NCBI RefSeq assembly: GCF_001194135.2
Contig: NC_068994.1
Location: forward strand, 16,721,551-16,785,550
Direction of reading: 5' to 3'
DNA: 64,000 nucleotides
From: Octopus bimaculoides
Taxonomy: Eukaryota
The notes beneath the pieces are model-generated. The model worked only from the letters and a program-made list of their open reading frames with translations, was not told the DNA's origin and searched no databases. Numbering within the stretch: position 1 is the stretch's first letter; every line of letters starts with the position of its first letter. Made by a program: the position numbers and the translations under genes. Below are positions 12,271 through 26,181 of the stretch, piece after piece.

Positions 12271-14232
12271 CTGTAGAAATGAGTTGCAACATCACTGGTG
12301 TCAAGCTGTATTGGCCTTTGCCTTTCCGTTGGATAACATCAGTNNNNNNNNNNNNNNNNNNNNNNNNNNNNNNNNNNNNNNNNNNNNNNNNNNNNNNNNN
12401 NNNNNNNNNNNNNNNNNNNNNNNNNNNNNNNNNNNNNNNNNNNNNNNNNNNNNNNNNNNNNNNNNNNNNNNNNNNNNNNNNNNNNNNNNNNNNNNNNNNN
12501 NNNNNNNNNNNNNNNNNNNNNNNNNNNNNNNNNNNNNNNNNNNNNNNNNNNNNNNNNNNNNNNNNNNNNNNNNNNNNNNNNNNNNNNNNNNNNNNNNNNN
12601 NNNNNNNNNNNNNNNNNNNNNNNNNNNNNNNNNNNNNNNNNNNNNNNNNNNNNNNNNNNNNNNNNNNNNNNNNNNNNNNNNNNNNNNNNNNNNNNNNNNN
12701 NNNNNNNNNNNNNNNTAGAAAATATTAGCTTTTATTAAAACTTTAAAATTTTATTACAAGTTATTACTACTATTTGTTATTTCTTGTTACTTCTATTAAA
12801 AATAAAAAATAACTCAAAATATTTTTTGTACTATAAAACAATTTCATTTTTTAAAATTATTAATTAATAATTAGAAATTTGAAAATAGGTTATAAAAAAT
12901 AATAGTAGTACATAATTAGTACAATAAATAGAATAATACAAAAGTTAGTTATATATTACAGTAAAATCTACCTATAACAAGTTCATAGTGAAATTTGCTT
13001 GCCAAGTCTTCACATTTTTAGTCTTAACCCAATGCCTATTTTTTACATAATGAATTTGCCTACCATATATACTATTCTAGTCTTCAATATTTTAACAAAA
13101 TTATGGTACCTTTTTTAATTATAATGTTACTTTGTAAATTAAAATCAAATAATTTTTAATATTCATATTTTATCCTTAGCTGGCAATATTCTAAGTAAAA
13201 ATTTTCTTGTTCTGTACTTTACCAGATGTAATAAGTTGTCTTGAACTTTTCTAAGTGTAATAACTTGTCCTATAATTTTCCAGATTTATAATCTTAATAT
13301 TATTTCTCTTGCTTGCATTTTTCCATGTAATCCATGTTTTTTCTAGGCTATGCTATTATGCTAATTAATAATATGTCAAATAGCAGTGTTGTTGATAATT
13401 TTTTCCTTACCTCAATGATGCCGGTGACATATATTAAAAGTCCCCTTATAGAACTATTTAATAAAAAAGTATATTGTCACCCTCAAATTTGAGAAACAAA
13501 CACTCATAACTATTTTCTTTTAAAACTTTATTGCATGAGAGTGACACCATGAAATTCCTTGAATTGAGCTCTATCATTTAAGCTTAATTAAAATACAGCT
13601 TGTTTTTGAAATAAAAAAAAGTTAATAATACTTAAATCCAATTTTTTGGCTTACTTATATCTTTTTTCGTGATATTTTACCTCACAGCTTTCTTGATACA
13701 AATTTTTGATGCGTGGGACCAAAACTATAAATTTCTTCATGCTTTCTTCTATCACTGAAGCTAAGATAAATATATTTTGCTTTTAAAACAAAAAGTTATT
13801 TAGATCTAAACTTGATTAGTGGTGTTACTTACTCTCTGATAATGTTGCTACAAATTTTGATGTAAACTTTTTTCTACTGGATCAAATCTCAATTTGTTTA
13901 TGCCAAAATGTAGCTCGGGATCAGTCCTTTTCAAAAATGAGTGGATTGGAGTAATGTGAAATTAAGCGCTTTGCTGAAGAAGGCAAAACATCAAAACACT
14001 GGTCTGTAAAGTGAAACCATGATCTCAAAATCATGAGTGCAACACCTTAACCACTAGGCTGTGCATCTTCACTGATCATGAACTTAGCATCCAATAATTT
14101 ATACCTAATGAATGCCACACATCCAAACAACTGCTGAAATGAAGAAAATTAGATATAAAGTAATAAAAGTGAGTTAAAAAGACACTGAAATTGATTTTTC
14201 TACTTTTCCTTTTTTTTCTTTCTTTTAACCAG

Positions 14233-14403
14233 GTTGGAAGTTTCTGTTTATCAGAACCAGGAGCTGGTTCCGATGCTTTTGCTTTGAAAACATCAGCTGT
14301 GAAACAAGGCGACTACTATATTATTAATGGCAGTAAGATGTGGATTACGAATGCTGAACATGCTGGTGTGTTTTTAGTGATGGCAAATGTCAATCCTGAA
14401 GCA
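14233..14403 (+). CDS. ACADSB: ACADSB exon 5
   Basis: 171 nt encoding [20 protein letters not shown]...[27 protein letters not shown] (both acyl-CoA dehydrogenase FAD-binding signatures); gtaagt donor. Confidence 0.98.
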
Positions 14404-14901
14404 GTAAGTATCTTTGTTTTGGTTAAATCGTTAGACAGCATTGAGGTCAAGGTTCTGTTGGATTTATTCCCATATCTCCCTCGATACAGATCTCTCTACA
14501 AATCAGTTACTCTCATCTAACAAAAAGATATTATACACAGTATCTATTTTGGTGCTTTGTAACTTGGTACTCAGATGACATCAAGATTGACTGCTTAGAG
14601 TAGGATATTAATTCAGTCACTCTTTCTCAGCAAAAATTGTTTTTATCAAATAAAATTATTATTATTATTTGGTCCGTCTTTACTTTCTGAGTTTAAATTC
14701 CACCGAGGTCTACTTTGCCTTTCCTTTCAGGGTCGATAAAATAAGTACCAGTTGAGCACTGGGGTCGGTGTAATCAACTTACCCCTTCTCCTGAAATTGC
14801 TGGTCTTATACCAAAATTTGGAACCATTATTATCGTCATCGTCGTCAACAGAAAGACATGAGAGGGAAAAAAATGGATATATGTATGTATGTATATGTGT
14901 A

Positions 14902-14936
<35 letters not shown>

Positions 14937-14938
<2 letters not shown>

Positions 14939-15158
14939 TGGCCATTGCCAGTACGCCTGACTGGCCTTCGTGCCGGTGGCACGTAAAAGCACCCACTACA
15001 CTCTCTGAGTGGTTGGTGTTAGGAAGGGCATCCAGCTGTAGAAACTCTGCCAAATCAGATTGGAGCCTGGTGTAGCCATCTGGTTTCACCAGTCTTCAGT
15101 CAAATCGTCCAACCCATGCTAGCATGGAAAGTGGACGTCAAACGACGATGATGATGAT
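14937..15158 (+). mobile_element. RTE 3'-UTR-only fragment
   Basis: High similarity to 21100-21310 and to the reverse complement of 31053-31240. (GAT)n tail; flanked by (AT)n and (ATAC)n. Confidence 0.8.
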
Positions 15159-15488
15159 ATACATACATACATACATACAGAGAGAGAGAAAGTCAATAGA
15201 TGAGATCCAGAGAATCTCACTATAGTAGACCCTTAATAGTACTCAAGTGATTTGAACTTACACTCCAATATCTTTACCAGGTACCAAGTCTGCAGAGTAA
15301 AGAGTGGCTCTAAGAGGAATCTAGGGTGAGCTGATAGGGAGACAATTGTGCAAATAAACAAATAAAACTGCTTGGGTTTGATATACAAAATATATATGTA
15401 TGCATGTATATGTATTTTGTATATTAAACCCAAGCAGTTTTGTTTGTTTATTCACATAATTATTCTCTCTCGCTCTCTCTCTCTCTGT

Positions 15489-15535
<47 letters not shown>

Positions 15536-16255
15536 CTTACTGTCAAGTCTACATCATTGATCTTGGTCTCTCTGATAGCCTCTATCACCCAATATTACTC
15601 CCCTTCCCTCTTTGTCACTCACATTACATTCACCTGTCTATTGCACAAACCACTGTTATCCATGTCTCTCTTTCAACCATGCCTATTGCTCATCTTTCAA
15701 TTAATCCCTCCTCTCCTCAGTTTTCACTGTACTTTGCTTCCTGTGTGGCTGTGGATTGCAGTAGATCTTTTCTGATCACCACACATTGCTTCCATCAATA
15801 TTCACTTGTTACACATTAGTTTATCACATAAGCACAAGATCATAAATAGGTGGGAAGATAGAATTTAATTAACCTGGATATGTATAAATAGTACTGTTAT
15901 ATGGACTGTTAGATTTGTTTGTTGTTCGTCTGAAGTCCTATATTAAAATATATTTTGTCTGAGGTCCTTGTTTCGTTGTTGTTTTGAGTGACTGTCGAGG
16001 TTGAATGTTATTGGGATATATATGGCGAGGAAGACATTCTTGTTTCTTGATAACTAACATTCGGTGAGTGAGTTCTTTGTTTATAGTTAATAAATAAATG
16101 TGATAACTAAGTTGTACAACTCGTGTTTTCTCTGCAAGTTCCCGAGAGGTATACAAGTACTTTATCAAATCCAATATCAGATGAAATAATAGAATTTTAT
16201 ATTTTTGTATGTCTTAAAATGTCTCTCTTTAAAAAATATTTCATGATATTTTCAG

Positions 16256-16381
16256 GGTTATCGAGGTATCACATGCTTTATAGTTGAAAAAGACACTGAA
16301 GGGTTAACAGTGGCCAAAAAAGAAGACAAATTAGGAATCCGAGCATCCAGCACTTGTATGGTTCATTTTGATAATGTAAAG
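16256..16381 (+). CDS. ACADSB: ACADSB exon 6
   Basis: 126 nt encoding [42 protein letters not shown]; ttcag acceptor and gtaaag donor. Confidence 0.97.
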
Positions 16382-18124
16382 GTAAAGTGAGACATATTGA
16401 ATGATTGATTATTGTGATTGAAAAGTCATCTAGAAAAACACTGTCTGATCTTTGGTACTGACATAACAGAAAGAATATCATTAACCTGAGACAATATACC
16501 TAATTCAAAGGAGATGCTTACAAATAGAAAATTAACTCAATTAAAGGGTGTGATTAAAACCTGTTACACCAAATTTAAAGGCTGAATTATGATAGTGTGT
16601 CTACCAGTTTTCACTGTATAAGTGAGGAATTGCTTAGAACTGATTGTTCTGATTTTTTTCCTTCTGTCAGTGTCATCACAGCCTTTCAGCACCTCAGAAT
16701 TAACCAAATAAATACTTGTAAAATATCTGGGTAAATAATTGGAAAACTGGCCTACATTCAAGTTGTAAATTGATTCTTCTGATTCTATATTAATCTTCAT
16801 CAAGTGATTGACTGGCCACTTGTCATAGTCCCACTCAATTACAGCTAATCAAAGCTACCTAGCTAAAATAGAAATTACAACCCTGTCAGTTGGCACAGCT
16901 TGAAGAATCTGTCTTGCATTTCTTTCCTACAACATTCTAACCACATGTCTGTTGTACCTGAGCTGTGACCTCTCAATGCAAAGATGTAGCAGCTCAACCT
17001 GGAGAGATTTCCCTGATCTTCAAACTATAAACCCAGTCAAGCAACATTACTCTAGAGATCCTTTGGAGGAACTCCATTTTGGATGCTTGTAGATGCATTT
17101 CCTAGGTTTATAATAATATGGAAAACATTGAGGAGTAAGGAAAAAGAACAGACTAAAGCTACAAGCCAGATGAAAATGTTAATTAGCAATTGAGTTGCTA
17201 ACAGTGTGGATTTGAATCCAATTCATTCTAATTCAAATAGTTAAATAGTTATTCTTGTGGACTGTTTGCAAAACAAGTTCCTGCTGTAGTTGAAAATTAG
17301 TGTTAAAAGGTGCAGGTTGTTTGAAGACAGCAGAACAATGTTTATACCACAAGTTGCTTAAGAAAAGTAGATTATAGTTTCTCTGAACTATTATTAAATA
17401 AGTATTAAGACATACACCAGCATGGGAGTCTCCACACCATTGCTCAACCTACTAGAAATATATAAACCAAATCACATCTTGCTATCTTATACAGGAAGGG
17501 CACATTAGATGATTAATCCAAGATGCACTATTTCTGTATATGGGTTGATCACATTTGGAATGTCTAGACCGTATAAGTTTGCTTGATCAGAGCTGATTTG
17601 TTGTGGCTAATCAACTACTAAACCTTAATTGAGCCAACAAGAGATCCACTATGCAGCTGCTTGAACTATTAAAAATAGTTCAAGAAATCTCTTTGAAATT
17701 TTACCTTACTGTCTTAGAAAAGAAGGATACATTATATAATGTAATTCCAGATTAGTTATGCTTTAAAGGAAGTTCATAGCTGAAGGTTCTTTGATCACAC
17801 ATCCACTCAGATTATGGTTAACCTGGGGCTAAATCAACTACTAAAATGTAAGGTTTAATCCTCTAGCATTCAGATTACTCTGTCAAATGTAATGCTTATT
17901 TATTCACAGTGTTTTGAATCAATCATGCATTATCTGTAGCTCTGAGATTTTGAAGTTATGATTATTTATTTTTAGAATGACATTTCAGAGTAGGTGTGAG
18001 AGGTTGGATCTGGCCAGTTTGAAGATAAAACAGGTAGAATGTTTGGGCCAGATATGGTTGGTTTAAATGCTAAAGAGTTAAACATTTTAGTTATGAACAA
18101 TTCTTAATCTGTTTTAATTTTTAG

Positions 18125-18217
18125 GTACCAGAAGAAAACATACTTGGAACTATTGGCCATGGTTATAAATATGCTATAGGTATTCTTAATGAAGGAAGAA
18201 TTGCCATTGGATCTCAG
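18125..18217 (+). CDS. ACADSB: ACADSB exon 7
   Basis: 93 nt encoding [31 protein letters not shown]. Confidence 0.97.
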
Positions 18218-18802
18218 GTTTGTACTAAATTTAAGAAATTTTTTGAAAAACTTTTCTCTTTCTTTTTTTGGTTCCAGAATTGTAAGTTGTGTCTGAAGAA
18301 ATGTGATAGCTTAGTGATTATATAATGAGCTACTATATTTTCCAGCATACCTGTCAGTTTTCAGACCAAACTTTACAGTTAAAAAAGACAACTTTACACT
18401 AAAACAGCAAGCAAAATATTAAATTAGGGACCTACAGTAGTATATTAAGGGTACGTGAAAATTTTTTGCATTAGATGTATCTATTGTAAGAAACAGCAAG
18501 ATTTCTTTCTCTAATATCTTACGAAGTTCAACCAACACAAGTTAATGTATGAAAAGCAAAATAGTAATTTTGAAAGAAGTATTTATAAAATTAGGTTTTA
18601 AACATCGAGTGGCTGTGGGGGGTCCACCAGGATAAAACAGGAATCAAAGGGGGTTCAGAGACGAAAAATGATTGAGAACCACTGCACCAAGGCAACTTTT
18701 GTAGGCCAAAAGTTCCATGTGAAATGCAGCAGGATTTGGTAAGATAATGGTGATATTTGCAGGTTTACACTATGTACTACAGTGACTTGTATGCTGACAT
18801 GT

Positions 18803-19184
18803 TGTTGGCACTCGGTCACTTACGACCTCGAGGGTTCCAGTTGATCCGATCAACGGAACAGCCTGCTCGTGAAATTAATGTGCAAGTGGCTGAGCACTCC
18901 ACAGACACATGTACCCTTAACACAGTTCTCGGGGATATTCAGCGTGACACAGTGTGACAAGGCTGGTCCTTTGAATTACAGGCACAACAGAAACAGGAAG
19001 AAAGAGTGAGAGAAAATTGTGGTGAAAGAGTACAGCAGGGTCCACCACCATTCCCTGCCGGAGCCTCGTGGAGCTTTAGGTGTTTTCGCTCAATAAGCAC
19101 TCACAACGCCCGGTCTGGGAATCGAAACCGCAATCCTATGACCACGAGTTCACTGCCCTAACCACTGGGCTATTGCGCCTCCAC
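18803..19184 (-). mobile_element. SINE family A copy with a 12-bp TSD
   Basis: TSD atgctgacatgt at 18791-18802 and 19185-19196. Confidence 0.92.
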
Positions 19185-20340
19185 ATGCTGACATGTATGC
19201 TGGTACTAACCATCACACTTTTCAAATACGAGTCAGGTTTTACATGCAGTGTACTTCTGCAAATGTCATTAGTATAGTGTTTTTTTTTGTTTGTTTCTTT
19301 TTTAATTTAATTTTTTTTACTGGTTTTAGTTATTAGACTGTGGCCATACTGGAGTATCACTTTCAGGTGTTTTCAATCATTTTGGACCTCATCAGACCTT
19401 TTATTTCTCTGGCTAAGAAATTTCATTTCATTAATCAGTACAGATGTGACTGTGTGGTCGAGAAGCTTGCTTCCCAACCACATGATTTTGAATTTAGTCC
19501 CACTACATAGCACCTTTGGCAAGCATCTTCTATTATAGCCCCAATCTGACTAAAGCCATACAAGTGAATTTGGTGGATGGAAACTGAAAGAAGCTCATTG
19601 TGTGTGTGTTTGTGTGCATGTGTATGTACACATACACACACTTTTAAGACAGTGACACTCATACAAGTGATATGTGTGTGTGCTAGTGTCTCCTTGCCTT
19701 GACAGTGCATTGTAGTCGTAAACAAGTGTCACTGTCATACAAATGGTGTCCTTCATTTCCAGTCTTCCATGAAATGTCTAGCCCTAGGGAAATATCACCT
19801 CCTTACTTGAAAACAGGAAGGGCATCTGACCATAGAAAATCTGCTCTAACAAATTCTGTCTGGCCCATGCAAGCATGGAAAAGTGGATGTTAAAATGATG
19901 ATGCTGATGATGATGATGATGATGATAGGATTTTTTTTTTTAATTAGGTTGGCAAAACTAGCTGAAGGTTTAGAATTTTAAAGCACCAAAGGATTTGTCT
20001 CTTTATGTAAAAATTATTCTATTTATTCTGTATAATATGAGTGGGTGCTGTTCCTGGCTTTAAGGGTAACATGAAACGCCCGACTTTCTGAGTTCTTTTA
20101 CAGGACTTACAAAAATTGAAGCACAGCTGCAATAAGTTTGTGAATCTGAAAGGGGAATAATATGTTGAATAAAATCATAATTAACTGATCCTCCTGTATC
20201 TTCTTTTACCCAAAGCCAGGAATTTTTTTAGTATGTATATATAAGTAATGTGATGTAATGAAATATAGGGAATCTATATATCTGTCTATCTATCTATCTG
20301 TAAGTATATAAAACCTATAATCCTATGTATTTTGTTCAAG

Positions 20341-20430
20341 ATGATTGGTCTGGCAACTGGTTGTCTAGCTCACACTATTGATTATGTTATGCAACGAAAG
20401 CAATTTGGACAAAGTATATGGAATTTCCAG
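20341..20430 (+). CDS. ACADSB: ACADSB exon 8
   Basis: 90 nt encoding MIGLATGCLAHTIDYVMQRKQFGQSIWNFQ; gtcagt donor. Confidence 0.96.
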
Positions 20431-20707
20431 GTCAGTGAGATTTCTTCCTTTTTCTTTTTGACTATTTCCTTATATTTACAATGTTGTGGCTGTAATAACA
20501 CAGTGACCAGCTCTTAAGGAACTACTTCATGATTTTTATTTTGCTAATAGTGAAAGCATGACTGTGTGGTTAAGAAGTTTACTTCCCAATCACATGGTTT
20601 CAGGTTCAGTCCCACTACGTGGCTACTTGGGTGAATGTCTTTTATAGCTCAGGGTCGGCTAAAGCTTTGTAAGTGGATTTGGTACATGGTCACTAGAAGA
20701 AGCTTGT

Positions 20708-20766
<59 letters not shown>

Positions 20767-20769
<3 letters not shown>

Positions 20770-21310
20770 GACCTGGGATGAGGTGGTGAAGCAATACCTT
20801 CGAATATTAGGCCTCACCAAGGCAATGACTAGTGACCGAGACCTTTGGAAATATGCTGTGCATGAGAAGACCTGGCAAGCCAAGTGAGACCATAACCCAT
20901 GGCCTTTGCCAGAGGTGTAACCAGCCCACTTATGCTGTCTGGCTTCCATGACGGTGGCATGTTAATAGCACCATTTGAGCGTCATCGTTACCAGCGCTGC
21001 CTTACTGGCACGTGAAAAAACATTCGAGCAAGGTCGTTGCCAGTGCTGCTGGACTGGCTCCTGTGCAGGTGGCAATTAAAAAACACCATTTGAGCGTGGC
21101 TGTTGCCAGTACCGCCTGACTGGCCCTTGTGCCTGTGGCACGTAAAAGCACCCACTACATTCTCGGAGTGGTTGGCGTTAGTAAGGGCATCGAGCTGTAG
21201 AAACTCTGCCATATCAGATTGGAGCCTGGTGCAGCCATCTAGTTCGCCAGTCATCAGTCAAATCGTCCAACCCATGCTAGCATGGAAAGCGGACATTAAA
21301 CGATGATGAT
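20767..21310 (+). mobile_element. 3' fragment of the same RTE LINE family, inserted in (TA)n
   Basis: Encodes KTWDEVVKQYLRILGLTKAMTSDRDLWKYAV (RTE ORF2 C-terminus), then the shared 3' UTR and gatgatgat tail. (AT)n on both sides. Confidence 0.85.
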
Positions 21311-21623
21311 ATATATATATATATAGTGGCGTAATTCGAAGGCTAATACAATGCATACCGCATTGTTACCAGCGATGTGTAACGACATCTGATAGTCTGG
21401 TTAGTCATGTGATACACGTGGTGGTGGGGTTGGTGGGTACAAACACAAAGGCATGCACACAATCTCATATACACAATGGGCTTCCACACATTTATCAAAT
21501 TCACTTGTCAAAAGTACTGTGCAGTGGGACGGAACTTAAAACTATATGGTTGCAAACTGAGCTTAATATCGTATTAGAAATTAAGGCAATGAGTTGGCAG
21601 AATTCTTAGCATGCTTGACAAAA

Positions 21624-22898
21624 ATCATCATCATATTATATACCCAGGCCTATTCCCCATTTTTTTTTTAGGAGTGGGTAGCTACAAGACACACATCAAG
21701 CATTCCATTCATTTCCCAGCTCAAAGGGCTGAGCCCCGTTCTATGTTTGGGTCAAGGCATAGAACGCAACCCCCAATATCAGTAGCGGGGGCCTGACAGC
21801 ATATGCTGGTTTACCCCTGCCACATCATGCTGGTTTCGTACCCTTTTGAGCAACATCAAAAATTCACTCATCTGTCCACAAAGCCTCTCCAAGCTTTCCT
21901 ATCATTTATAAACTCTCTTGCCTCTCTCACTCCAACACCTCTAACCACCAAAGCTTTCCTCACTCCATCCATCCACCCAAACCGAGGTCTGCCTCTCGTT
22001 CTACTGCTTACCACTTCTGCCTTCACTACCCTCCTTACATTCCGCTCCTCATCCATCCTCTCCATGTGGCCAAACCATCTCAACATTCGTCTATCCAATT
22101 TGGTTGTTAGTTTTTCTCTCATTCCTGCTCGTCTTCACACCTTCTCATTCCTCATCCTGTCCATCCATGTCACACCAACCACAGCCCTCAGATATCTCAT
22201 CTCAAACACATCCAGTCGCCTTTTTTCCGCCTCTCTCAACCCCCACGTCTCTGCACCATCTAACATTGTCGGCACAATCACGCCCTCACACACACCTCTT
22301 TTCGCTTTCATACTCAACCTTTTATCTCTCAGCATACCTTTCACAACTCCAAGTATCTTTACTCCCCTCCCTCACTCCGTATCCCACCTCCTCACCCCCC
22401 CCCCCCATCCATTGTCACATGTGACCCCAGATACTTAAAATACCCACCTCCTCTAACACCTCACCATTTATACTCACATCCATCCTATCAGCCATTCTAT
22501 CTATCGAACAATTCATCACCTTTGTCTTAGCTACATTCACTTTCAGTTTCCTCCTCTCACACATTCTTCCAAACTCTACCATCAGTCTCCTCAGTTGCTC
22601 TTCCAAATCCACCATCAGTGCTGTATCATCAGCAAACAACAACTGACTCACCTGCCATTTCTCTCCATTTTCTCCTACCATTTGGGCTCCCTTACCAAGG
22701 GTTCTAGCATTTACCTCTCTCACCACACCATCCATTTATAAATTAAACAGCCATGGAGACTTAACCCCACCTTCATATCAAACCACTCACTCACTTCACC
22801 ACCCACCCTAACACACACCCTACTTACTCTTTAAAAACTCTGAACAATCTCCATACAACTGCAACACCTGCCACATTGCATCCCTATCCACTTGGTCA
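21624..22898 (-). mobile_element. 5'-truncated, frameshifted RTE-clade LINE nested in a SINE (ACADSB intron 8)
   Basis: RT motifs LLFADDTAL and LKVNVAKTKVM; C-terminal LRWFGHMERM...RGRPR...DRKAWR; (ATG)n-type tail. Host SINE halves at about 21583-21623 and from about 22899. Confidence 0.9.
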
Positions 22899-23177
22899 CA
22901 TGCCAGGCAAAATATTCAGTGGTATTTCATCTGTCTTTACGTTTCAGTGCTGGATTCAAATTTTGCCAGAGTCGGCTTTGCCTTTCGTCCTTTCATAGTT
23001 GATAAAATAAATACCAGTTGAACACTGGAATCAATTTAATCAATGTAGCTCCTCTCCTGAAATTATTGGTCTTATGCCAAAATTTGAAACCAATATTGTG
23101 TTAGATATCAATATCAGTGTTTTGATTATTCTTTACCAAATTCTTTTAACTGTTTGCTATTTTATGTCTTATTTCAG

Positions 23178-23315
23178 TCCATGCAGCACCAAATATCCCG
23201 CGTTGCTATGCAGATTGAAGCTGCTCGACTCCTTGTTTACAATGCTGCCAGAATGAAGGAAGCTGGTCTCCCTATTATGAAGGAAGCAGCTATGGCAAAG
23301 TTGTTTGCATCTGAG
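23178..23315 (+). CDS. ACADSB: ACADSB exon 9
   Basis: 138 nt encoding [46 protein letters not shown]. Confidence 0.97.
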
Positions 23316-23596
23316 GTTAAAAAAGCAATTATTTATTGAATAACTTTATATCATCTGGTTCCATTCTTTTTTCTGTTTCTCTGAGTCAAGTAATTTTACA
23401 AATTTGGAAATTCACTGGTGTTAGATGTTTTACTAGCATCAATCAATCAACTATGAAGTAAGACAAAAGAACTAACTTGTCAGGCAAATAATTAGAAATA
23501 AGCAAGTGGAATAGAATACCTTGCCTAATAATGCAGTTCTGTTATTTTATCAATTCATTACTTATGTCCTCATTTGTGAAAGTGCATGGCCTAGTG

Positions 23597-24153
23597 CAGT
23601 GGTTTTTTAGAGACACAACCCACTATTTATGACACCAGTTTATGGCGACCCATTTAACTCTACTGGGTCAAAACATTAATGAAAGAAACAAAAATTTATA
23701 TCAGATTACATTTTCATTGAGGCCTGTGAGAAGGCCTCATTTATATTAAATGTGAAACAAAATGTTTTATAACTGTTTAAATGTCTCCATACCCTATGGG
23801 CAGGTATTAACTCTAATACAAAACCTCGAAGCAGTAACTGTTATCAGCTCGATCAGTGTTGTACTGCGCCTAGTTAAAGTTCTCTATAAATAGGTAAAAA
23901 CAGACTTTTCCTTTTTACGATTACGTACGAATAAATAACTTGAGAAAATGACCACCTCTGATTTGTTAAGTTCGGGAAAAAAGCCTACTGCTTGATAAAA
24001 CAACCAGTCTGGTATTGAAAACATGTGTCTTGAACTATCTCGACAGACAGCAGTTAATCAAAGCTAATGCGTAATTTTATAACTTTTTGCAACCCACTAG
24101 GATTCCGTTCGCGACCCACTGATGGGTCGCGACTCATAGTTTAGGAACCACTG
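23597..24153. mobile_element. hAT-type MITE with a perfect 8-bp TSD, inserted in the A-box of a SINE head
   Basis: Ends cagtggtt...aaccactg. TSD gcctagtg at 23589-23596 and 24154-24161. Confidence 0.85.
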
Positions 24154-24390
24154 GCCTAGTGGTTAGGCTGTTGTACTCACGAGTGCTATATCATGGGTTT
24201 GATTCCCAGACTGGGTGGTGCATTGTGTTCTTGAGCAAACCACTTCATTTCACATTGCTATAATCCCCCTTTTAGATCAGCAGGGAATGTTGGCCCGCTT
24301 GCCTAGCCAGTGGAGTAGCGTTATTCAAAGATTAAAAACAATGCAAAGTACATTTTGACCCGTGATGTGTAACAACATCTAATAGTTTAT

Positions 24391-24612
24391 AGGCGTAGGA
24401 GTGGTTGTGTGGTAAGTAGCTTGCTTACCAACCACATGGTGTGTATATGTTTGTGTGTCTGTGTTTGTGGTCCCCATAATTTAGCAGTTCGGCAAAAGAG
24501 ACCGCTAGAATAAGTACTAGGCTTCCAAAGAAGAAGTCCTGGGGTCGATTTGCTCGACTAGAGGTGGTGCTCCAGCATGGCCACAGTCAAATGACTGAAA
24601 CAAGTAAAAGAG
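24391..24612 (+). mobile_element. SINE family C (internal TA/CA microsatellite), representative internally deleted copy
   Basis: Head ggcgtaggagtggttgtgtggtaagtagcttgcttaccaaccacatgg; tail aatgactgaaacaagtaaaagag. Further copies near 4299, 4872, 6500, 12040, 19440, 20555, 30830, 32850, 47030, 48110, 49580, 51581 and 63900. Confidence 0.8.
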
Positions 24613-25606
24613 TCTATTTGGTCACATGATTAGTTATGCCCTAACAATTTAACCATCAAACCTATTTTAGATGTTTAAGTATCTATAAATAAAATACCTG
24701 CTTGTTGATGTATTAGGATTCACATGATTTAACTTGGACTAGAGCACACAAGAGGGAGTTTGTAGTTTTTCAACTTGCTAGAAATAGCAGCCAAATTCCC
24801 CTCAAGCCACATTCCACCATCTTAAAAAGTGAAGGATTCAGTCTGTTTAATAGTCTTGATGCACTGTTTGAAACTAAGATAGGGTGCTTTGACCTGAAAT
24901 GCTTTTAATTAGAGGTGTTATCAGTCAAGGTTGATCTGGAGTTAGACAACAACTGGGGATTGAATTTAAGGAGAAAGATAAAAACATGTATAGAGAAAAA
25001 ATAATTAATCTTTGTTATGTTTAGTCATGCATTGAGGTGGTTTTGTGTTGTTACTAACTATGCTGTATGTAAGTGTGATTGTATATATGTGTAACTCTTA
25101 TTATAATTATCTCACTTTATCTAATACACTTTGTTCAGATTTTGGTCATCAACACTTCAGACATTGCTATTGCACTGTATAACTTAAAATACTGTTTCAC
25201 TTCTTCGACAGTACAAATAAGTATTTGTCACAAGCCATTCAGAAAGCCTTTATGTGGTCGATCGACACGCTAGAAATAGCAGCCAGCTCTCCTTCAAACC
25301 ATACTTCATCTAAAAAAAAAGGGAAGAACACATATATATTGGATCATTTTAATCTTAGATATACTCCTACCCCTAAAAAGGTGGGATGGTCATGACTGGA
25401 ATTTTTTTTGGTCATAGATGAGAGATGAGAGTGAAACTTAAGAAAGAAGCTTCACTTTTCCCAGGTTATCTAAACATCCCTGAGGCTTGACAGGAGGTGA
25501 AGAAGATAATTCTAAGAAATGTGCATAGAGAACATTATATTTATAAAAATATGCATCTTTAAGTCCTATAAAATTTTGTATTTTTAGAATTTGTAACTCT
25601 ATCCAG

Positions 25607-25941
25607 TGAAGGAGCATGGCTCAGTGATTAGAGCATTGGGCTCACACTCATGAGGTAGTGAGTTCGATTCCTGAACTTGGTTGTGTGTTGTGTTCTTGAG
25701 CAAGACACTTTATTTCACGTTGCTCCAGTTCACTCAGCTGTAGAAATGAGTTGTGACATCACTGGTGCCAAGCTGTATCAGCCTTTGCCTTTCCTTTGGA
25801 TAACATTGGTGGTGTGGAGAGGAGAGGTTGGTATGCATGGGCAACTGCTGGTCTTCCATAAACAATCTTGCCCAGAGTTGTGTCTCAGAGAGTAACTTTC
25901 TAGGTGCAATCCCATGGCCATTCATGACCGAAGGGGTTCTT
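25607..25941 (+). mobile_element. SINE family D with a CORE-like central segment
   Basis: tRNA-like head, then cttgagcaagacactttatttcacgttgctccagttcactcagctgtagaaatgagt; TSD taactctat(c/a)cag. Related segments near 5840, 12270 and 24154. Confidence 0.7.
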
Positions 25942-26081
25942 TAACTCTATACAGTTTGTGGAAGTCAAAACCTGTTACATGCAGTCAGTTTGTATGTGGT
26001 TGAAGTATTTTGGTTGTTTTGCTTTTACTCTGCTTTTTGTTTCCTAACTGGAATTTTTTAAAATCTTTTTTTTGTTTCTAG

Positions 26082-26181
26082 GCAGCAACAGAAACTACAT
26101 CAAAGTGTATAGAGTGGATGGGTGGAGTTGGTTTTACAAAAGACTACCCTATTGAAAAATATTTCAGAGATTGCAAAATTG
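26082..26181 (+). CDS. ACADSB: ACADSB exon 10
   Basis: 100 nt encoding [33 protein letters not shown]; phase-1 end. Confidence 0.97.
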
